The notes beneath the pieces are model-generated. The model worked only from the letters and a program-made list of their open reading frames with translations. It did not search any database and was not told the DNA's origin. From a virus: a DNA stretch of 64,000 bases. Shown here piece by piece: positions 48,110 through 53,685 of this stretch. Position numbers and translations under genes: made by a program. The DNA lies in the UHGV virus genome UHGV-0293664. One strand, given 5' to 3'. Every line of letters begins with the position of its first letter. The first letter of the stretch is position 1.

Positions 48110-48490
48110 ATGAAAAACACTACTAAAGCTATTGACACCGTTATGTTTAACCTGGTTACCTTTCGCGAGGATATGAAAGATCTTCCGCGTGAAACAGTGT
48201 GCGACCATATCGAAAACTATCGCAAACTAATCAAAAAGTTGCCTTTAAAACGTGATCAGTATGCGGCTAACGCCATGCTTAATGCCATGATCAAAAAGAT
48301 GATCCAGTGTGATTTAACTCTGGCCTATGATTATGCAGGTGGTCGTTTTGCAGTATACAATCAGCCCGTGCCTGGTATGAGCACCACAGAAGAATTGCAC
48401 GCGTTAAATCTAAAACAAGACGTGTGGGATAGCATGCCTCGCGTGGTGGTATGGGTAGAAAGCGGGAAGATTTACGGCGATAATTTTTAA
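48110..48490 (+). CDS. early protein
   Basis: 126 aa; SD AAAGAGGAAAA. Confidence 0.8.
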   Translation: MKNTTKAIDTVMFNLVTFREDMKDLPRETVCDHIENYRKLIKKLPLKRDQYAANAMLNAMIKKMIQCDLTLAYDYAGGRFAVYNQPVPGMSTTEELHALNLKQDVWDSMPRVVVWVESGKIYGDNF

Positions 48491-48500
48491 TCAGATAACA

Positions 48501-48532
48501 GGCGGCGGCATATTTGCCGCCGCCTTATTGTT
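48501..48532 (+). terminator. intrinsic terminator
   Basis: GGCGGCGGC-ATATTT-GCCGCCGCC then TTATTGTT. Confidence 0.75.
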
Positions 48533-48560
48533 AAACAGAACTGCAAAAGAGGTACATAGA

Positions 48561-48932
48561 ATGGAATTTATTATTTTGGCTGTATTGGTTGCCTTGTTTA
48601 ACGCCTGGATTGCTGGCAAGATGGGCAGATCCGCCTTTTTATGGTTTATTATATCTATTTTCCTGGGGGTGGTTGCAACTATTGTATTGGTTATCCTTGC
48701 AATTGTTGACAAGGGGAATAATAGAAAGGGTAAAGTATTTTCAGACCTGTACGACGCTCAAACGTTTGTCAACGCATATTATAGTGATCTTCCAGTCTCC
48801 CTACGCTGCAGCCTGGCACAACAAGTTTTCGATGAGGCTAAAACCAGAGATCAAGCCCATGAGATATGTTTAACTGAGGCGGATCGCCTATTTGAGAGGA
48901 ATAGAAAATATGTGGGCCAACCGTTTAAATAA
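48561..48932 (+). CDS. membrane protein
   Basis: ATG 48561 after AAAGAGG; two hydrophobic helices. Confidence 0.7.
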   Translation: MEFIILAVLVALFNAWIAGKMGRSAFLWFIISIFLGVVATIVLVILAIVDKGNNRKGKVFSDLYDAQTFVNAYYSDLPVSLRCSLAQQVFDEAKTRDQAHEICLTEADRLFERNRKYVGQPFK

Positions 48933-49155
48933 TGCCACGTTAATTAATCCCTTTAGTGAAGATTTGAAGCCAGCCGCCTGGCGTGATGGATTCAATACCG
49001 AACGCTTTATTTTCAGGCCTGATCTTGAGGAATTTTATAACAATGGATCGAACAACGACAGAGATAATTTTTCTTGTGATGTGCGTGGTGATGGTACTCC
49101 TGGGGGCCATTGTAAACCACGTCACTACTACCAGGGGGAAAGGGGGAGACGATGA
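48910..49155 (+). CDS. hypothetical protein
   Basis: ATG 48910 after GAGAGG; overlaps upstream gene end. Confidence 0.5.
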   Translation: MWANRLNNATLINPFSEDLKPAAWRDGFNTERFIFRPDLEEFYNNGSNNDRDNFSCDVRGDGTPGGHCKPRHYYQGERGRR

Positions 49156-49271
49156 CACCCAAGGATAAGCCACGCACCAATAAGGCGCGCCGTGTTATGG
49201 TGTGGCTGGAGATCATCGCCCTTGAAATATTGCTAGGCGTAGGGATGTACTTTATCGCTGTAAGTAACTAA
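49152..49271 (+). CDS. possible small membrane peptide (39 aa)
   Basis: ATG after GGGGGAGA; MTPKDKPRTNKARRVMVWLEIIALEILLGVGMYFIAV; terminator follows. Confidence 0.45.
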   Translation: MTPKDKPRTNKARRVMVWLEIIALEILLGVGMYFIAVSN

Positions 49272-49275
49272 GAAC

Positions 49276-49303
49276 GGCCCCCCGATCATGGGGGCCTATC
49301 TTT
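49276..49303 (+). terminator. intrinsic terminator-like hairpin
   Basis: GGCCCCC-GATCAT-GGGGGCC then TATCTTT. Confidence 0.55.
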
Positions 49304-49326
49304 AAAAAAATTTTTCTTCCGGGGTG

Positions 49327-49354
49327 TTGCAATCCGGTCCGGAATGTGGATAAT
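49327..49354 (+). promoter_or_regulatory. sigma70-like promoter
   Basis: TTGCAA-16 nt-GATAAT. Confidence 0.55.
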
Positions 49355-49409
49355 AACAATCAACGGGGAGCTAATCCCACCACCACAAAAACCAGAAAGG
49401 AGAAACAAA

Positions 49410-49610
49410 ATGAGCAACAATATCCGCGTTATTAACTTCAAAAAAGAAGAAAAAATTGCCGTGCTGATTGACGGTCAAGAAATCTTCAAGGGCGACTATG
49501 AAGATCATCAAACGGCGATTAGTATCACCCGCGTGATTGGTTACCATAATTTCTACCCCCAAGGTGCTGAGGCAGCAGTTAAACGAATCAAAGAGATTGT
49601 AGGCCTGTAA
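49410..49610 (+). CDS. early small protein
   Basis: ATG 49410 after AAAGGAGAAAC; 66 aa. Confidence 0.7.
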   Translation: MSNNIRVINFKKEEKIAVLIDGQEIFKGDYEDHQTAISITRVIGYHNFYPQGAEAAVKRIKEIVGL

Positions 49611-49658
49611 AATTTATTTTTAGATGGCCTTGACTCCGGGGGCCATCAATAAAGTAAA
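49611..49658 (+). repeat. conserved post-stop hairpin element, copy 3
   Basis: AAATTTATTTTTAGATGGCCTTGACTCCGGGGGCCATCAATAAAGTAAAT. Confidence 0.6.
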
Positions 49659-49702
49659 TTTAAACCCTGTTAAAATAATCAGTGCAAAAAGGAGTAATGA
49701 TC

Positions 49703-50002
49703 ATGTTTATACCCGCCAATAATCTTTATTTCTTTGATGGTCAAATCGTAGACGGCGTGGAAGTTGAGATCACCGGGTGCCCTGGTGGTCAGGCTATGAC
49801 TTTTCGGAATAATGCTTTTGATGATTCTCATATCGTTATGAGAATGGAAGTTACGAAGCTGGACGACAAGAAAACACTTATTGACTATTCTGTGAAAGAT
49901 CATCCAGACTACCGCATGATCCATGGCGATTTGTGCAGTGTTGACCGTGACAAGGTGGGCGGCATTGTGATCGCTATTGTGAACGATGTTTTCTCAAACT
50001 AA
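49703..50002 (+). CDS. early protein
   Basis: ATG 49703 after AAAGGAG; 99 aa. Confidence 0.7.
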   Translation: MFIPANNLYFFDGQIVDGVEVEITGCPGGQAMTFRNNAFDDSHIVMRMEVTKLDDKKTLIDYSVKDHPDYRMIHGDLCSVDRDKVGGIVIAIVNDVFSN

Positions 50003-50019
50003 TTTCAGCAGGTGATTTT

Positions 50020-50370
50020 ATGAAAGTCAAACTATATTACCTTAATGAGCTTAACCCCCTTGCCCAGGTCCGCGCCCTGGCTAATACCTTGATTTGTGAG
50101 AAATCTGCATATTGTGTTGAGCTTAACGCCATGCGTGAACGTCTCAAAGGGGGTTACTTCGACATCCATGCTGCAATCAACGGCCTGAATATGGAATTTA
50201 TACGCTTACGTAACAGCCGCCGGAATCTGGCAAGAATGGAACAAGATCCGGCCCACCTTCGTAAGCTGGTTATTGAAAATCATCTGATGTTTAATGCCGA
50301 GGGTGATTATTACCATTTTCACCGCAAACGCTGGTACCGTGGCGGCAATACAGGCAAGAATGCAAAATAA
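50020..50370 (+). CDS. early protein
   Basis: 116-aa ORF; weak SD. Confidence 0.65.
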   Translation: MKVKLYYLNELNPLAQVRALANTLICEKSAYCVELNAMRERLKGGYFDIHAAINGLNMEFIRLRNSRRNLARMEQDPAHLRKLVIENHLMFNAEGDYYHFHRKRWYRGGNTGKNAK

Positions 50371-50571
50371 GGCCCCAGGCAGGGCCTGCAGCGATATAAT
50401 CACATAAAGGCTATGCGGTTGCATGGCCTTTATTATTTTAGCGTTACAGCGACCCCCAAGGCGCTTAAAAAAATTTTAAAGAAGTACTTGCATCAAGCCC
50501 TACAATATGGATAATAGGACGTGTCGGGGGGCGGCCCCCAATCATTAACCGGATAGATAGGAGTTAAAACC

Positions 50572-50856
50572 ATGGCTATTGTTACCGCTGGCGATGTAGT
50601 AGAAATGGAAGCAAAATACTTAAAAGCGGGTATGCATATCCTACGCAACGATCTTGAACTGGTCCTGACAATGGTTGACTATAACCCAGGGCAAGATTAT
50701 CCAAGTGTTGACTACTTTTTTAGGTATGTTGATGAAGAATTAAAAGAGGATGAGGCTTATCAGGGCGAATTCTGTAATTTCTTTTGCTCTGATGAGGTTG
50801 TAAAAGTTATCTATCAACCTGGCGTACCTTTCCCGTTGCACGCTATCAATAAATAA
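50572..50856 (+). CDS. early protein
   Basis: 94 aa; SD ATAGGAG; TTGCAT-17 nt-ATAATA box upstream. Confidence 0.75.
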   Translation: MAIVTAGDVVEMEAKYLKAGMHILRNDLELVLTMVDYNPGQDYPSVDYFFRYVDEELKEDEAYQGEFCNFFCSDEVVKVIYQPGVPFPLHAINK

Positions 50857-50911
50857 ACCTGGCGGGGCCGAAAAGGCCCCCAATTATGAAAATAAAGAGA
50901 GGTAAATCATC

Positions 50912-51145
50912 ATGATGGAACAAATTAAACGCGCTGAGGCTATTAATGGCAATGTGATCTACTTTGTCAGCAAAAACGAAAAAGGCGTACCATATGCGGC
51001 GGTAATAGTACAGCCTGACGGTGATTATTGGTTTACTGTGTACGGCGCTTATTCTTTCGGGCGTCCGGTGCATGATAGAATTTTGAAAGTAGCGAACCCC
51101 ACCGGGAAGAATATCACGGCAGAAAAATTTTTTGAAAATAATTGA
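50912..51145 (+). CDS. early protein
   Basis: 77 aa; SD AGAGAGG. Confidence 0.75.
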   Translation: MMEQIKRAEAINGNVIYFVSKNEKGVPYAAVIVQPDGDYWFTVYGAYSFGRPVHDRILKVANPTGKNITAEKFFENN

Positions 51146-51169
51146 CAACGTTTTAAATTAGTTTAAGAT
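51142..51169 (+). promoter_or_regulatory. sigma70-like promoter
   Basis: TTGACA-16 nt-TAAGAT then conserved GTATCACGTAGGG start region. Confidence 0.6.
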
Positions 51170-51226
51170 GTATCACGTAGGGGAGACAAGCGCCCTATTA
51201 AACGCAACAGGAAGAGGATAAACACC

Positions 51227-51466
51227 ATGAAAAGCAATAAAGGTTATAACGGTTACAAAAACAAAACTCATTGGAATGTAAGCCTTTGGATTAATAACGA
51301 TGAGTCATTGTACCGGTTGGCCCAAGGCTTTATCAACGCTAATGCTAATCGTAATGATGCGGCGCGGGATATGATGCTTTTTCTGGAGCTAACCGGACAA
51401 GATAAGACCCCGGACGGCTTCAAGTACAGCACTACGGCGATCCGTGCCGCGATGGTTGGAATGTGA
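51227..51466 (+). CDS. early protein
   Basis: 79 aa; SD GAAGAGGA. Confidence 0.75.
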   Translation: MKSNKGYNGYKNKTHWNVSLWINNDESLYRLAQGFINANANRNDAARDMMLFLELTGQDKTPDGFKYSTTAIRAAMVGM

Positions 51467-51475
51467 TAAAATAGC

Positions 51476-51503
51476 TTGACACTGTTTTTTATTCTGGTAT
51501 AGT
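51476..51503 (+). promoter_or_regulatory. sigma70-like promoter
   Basis: TTGACA-16 nt-TATAGT. Confidence 0.6.
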
Positions 51504-51645
51504 TTATCACATAGGACGGCACGACAGAGTACTACGGATTCGAGGGTGTCCGGTGCGGTGAACTTGCTCGCGACCTTAAGGAAGATCCAGACCTGGAAGA
51601 TCTGCCCATCACCGTAAACGGGAAAACTTACGTAAACCGTTAACC

Positions 51646-51780
51646 ATGAGAAAGATAATCATCACCTTGGGGATTGTGGCGGGATCGCTGGCGCTCTTTC
51701 CCCTTATGGTTAGATATGTGCTGATCAGTATTGTCCTGATAGTTAGTGATTTATTGGAAACGGTTGGCACCTTGTTTTAA
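51646..51780 (+). CDS. possible small membrane peptide (44 aa)
   Basis: MRKIIITLGIVAGSLALFPLMVRYVLISIVLIV...; no clear SD; not in ORF track. Confidence 0.3.
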   Translation: MRKIIITLGIVAGSLALFPLMVRYVLISIVLIVSDLLETVGTLF

Positions 51781-51792
51781 AGAGCGGTAAAA

Positions 51793-51984
51793 ATGAATAT
51801 CGAACAAGTTAGAAAGGTATTGGCGGTACTGCGTTATCATAATCATAGAAAGGTCATAGACGATCCTGATTATGTCGATTCAAGCCTGGAAGGGGATACA
51901 CTACAAGCCATAAGCAACATGCAAGAATTGCTAAAGCGCATGACAGAGAAAAACAGATCTGATTATATAGGTGACGAGATCTAA
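51793..51984 (+). CDS. early small protein
   Basis: 63-aa ORF; weak SD. Confidence 0.6.
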   Translation: MNIEQVRKVLAVLRYHNHRKVIDDPDYVDSSLEGDTLQAISNMQELLKRMTEKNRSDYIGDEI

Positions 51985-51990
51985 AATAGC

Positions 51991-52018
51991 TTGCACAATG
52001 TATCTGATAGTGTAAGAT
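51991..52018 (+). promoter_or_regulatory. sigma70-like promoter
   Basis: TTGCAC-16 nt-TAAGAT then GTATCACGTAGGG as at 51170. Confidence 0.6.
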
Positions 52019-52068
52019 GTATCACGTAGGGCGGCAATAGTGCCGCTCACAACTGGAAGGAAAACACC

Positions 52069-52272
52069 ATGACTACAGCTAACCGCCTGATCGCCGTCCT
52101 GAACAAAGCAAAGGCTAACCGCCTGGATGTTCAAATCAAAGAGCAAGCAAATGGCGAGATCCTTGCTACGGTGTCCGATGGCGGTTATGTATCGGAATCA
52201 TTTTTATCAGGGAGCTTAGATCATCTTGTTTGGAAATTAGAAATTATCGTGGAGGATATGCAGATCATCTAA
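52069..52272 (+). CDS. early small protein
   Basis: 67 aa; SD GGAAGGAAAA; terminator-like hairpin follows. Confidence 0.75.
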   Translation: MTTANRLIAVLNKAKANRLDVQIKEQANGEILATVSDGGYVSESFLSGSLDHLVWKLEIIVEDMQII

Positions 52273-52326
52273 TCTTTACAAAACAGGGCTTGTTTTTATC
52301 CTGTTTTTTGTTATACTTGTTTCACG

Positions 52327-52372
52327 GCAGGCACCTGGCGACGGGGGGAGACAATCACCGTGGGTGCCTGTC
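52327..52372 (-). repeat. inverted copy of the GC-rich box found at 43510 and 43641
   Basis: GGGGGGAGACAATCACCGTGGG is the reverse complement of CCACGGTGATTGTCTCCCC-type box; flanked by CAGGCACC/GGTGCCTG. Confidence 0.6.
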
Positions 52373-52476
52373 ATGTAAGAACTATAAAAACCGTTGACAT
52401 CTGCCAGGGGGTGGGGTAACATTTATCTTGAAGGGGCAAAAGTGCCCACACAACAACCAGAAGAGAGGAAAACATT

Positions 52477-52749
52477 ATGTCAAGCTGGATTAATCAAGAA
52501 GTCGAATCACGTTTTAATGCTATTTGGGATCTCATCGAAAAAGAGGACGGAACATCAAGCCCCTACCTCAACAATTTGGAATTCCATTTTGTGGAAGCGA
52601 TGAACGCAGAACATGATCACGAAGGTGGTGCGGATGAATTCGCTAAAGGATATGGCTTCAACAATGCCAACGAAATGATCGAGGCGGTTGTACTCCAGGC
52701 TGAGGAAGATTATCAATTAAAAACGCTTGAATTCTGCCGCCGTAAGTAA
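52477..52749 (+). CDS. early protein
   Basis: 90 aa; SD AGAGAGGAAAA. Confidence 0.75.
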   Translation: MSSWINQEVESRFNAIWDLIEKEDGTSSPYLNNLEFHFVEAMNAEHDHEGGADEFAKGYGFNNANEMIEAVVLQAEEDYQLKTLEFCRRK

Positions 52750-52811
52750 TAAGATAATGACACGGGCCAAAAGGCCCACTAAACAAAAACCACATAAAGA
52801 GGAAAAACATC

Positions 52812-53075
52812 ATGAAACGCCTTGATCAGCTCAAATTAGTTCAATATATGGCTTATCGTGTTCTTGAAGTCCAGAAAGGTAGCAAAAAAGAGGTTTGCGA
52901 GAAAGCTTATAAGATCTTCACTCGCAAAAAAGATGACTGGATGCTACGCCAGACCAAAAAGGCTGACATCTTGGGGTACCTGGAAGAAGAGATCCGACTT
53001 GAAGAGCAAGAAGAGATCCGCCGTAGTGAGGCAGATTATCAGGCCGCTTGGGAAAACTGGATGAGCAACAAATAA
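52812..53075 (+). CDS. early protein
   Basis: 87 aa; SD AAAGAGGAAAAA. Confidence 0.75.
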   Translation: MKRLDQLKLVQYMAYRVLEVQKGSKKEVCEKAYKIFTRKKDDWMLRQTKKADILGYLEEEIRLEEQEEIRRSEADYQAAWENWMSNK

Positions 53076-53140
53076 TACAACAAGGTGCACGGTCAGGGGC
53101 TTAAAGCCCCTTGATCACATAAAAATTATGCTATCCCTGG

Positions 53141-53169
53141 TTGACAGGGATCGGCAGTTTTGCTATATT
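53141..53169 (+). promoter_or_regulatory. sigma70-like promoter
   Basis: TTGACA-17 nt-TATATT; -35 embedded in CCCTGG...CAGGG inverted repeat. Confidence 0.6.
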
Positions 53170-53218
53170 CTTTTTTGAAGGGAAGTTGTAAGAAAATTAA
53201 CTAAGAGGTAAAAACACC

Positions 53219-53638
53219 ATGAACATTAAATCTAATAATCCGGCATATAGCTTTGATAACGCTTTTTGTCACGGTCCGGCGGCGAAAGGATTCGAAATCG
53301 ATGGTAAACTAATTATTGTCAATGTTGACGGGGAAGAGGTTGCAGTATATCCGGTGGCAGACGTAAAAAGCCGTTTACAATGCCGCATGGATGTTACCGC
53401 CTATCAGCTTGATCCGGTCCGCATAGTTGCCCTGGTCCTGGAGGAAGAAATTAAAGCCATGCACCATAGCAACAGGTTTATTGGTGACGCTCAGGATAAT
53501 ATGAAGGTGTGCCGCCATAAAGTTAATGAAGTGCTTAAAGAGTACGGCTATAAGGATTTAATGATCAAGCGTGATGAAAAATTCCGCTACCGTAACGACC
53601 TGGCAAATCGGATTTTTGAAATATACGAATCATTATAA
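53219..53638 (+). CDS. early protein
   Basis: 139 aa; SD TAAGAGG. Confidence 0.8.
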   Translation: MNIKSNNPAYSFDNAFCHGPAAKGFEIDGKLIIVNVDGEEVAVYPVADVKSRLQCRMDVTAYQLDPVRIVALVLEEEIKAMHHSNRFIGDAQDNMKVCRHKVNEVLKEYGYKDLMIKRDEKFRYRNDLANRIFEIYESL

Positions 53639-53656
53639 TTTCTTAACTGAATTATC

Positions 53657-53685
53657 AAGGGGCTTAAAGGCCCCTTTCTTTTTGT
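53657..53685 (+). terminator. intrinsic terminator closing the plus-strand early block
   Basis: AAGGGGC-TTAAA-GCCCCTT then TCTTTTTG. Confidence 0.8.
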
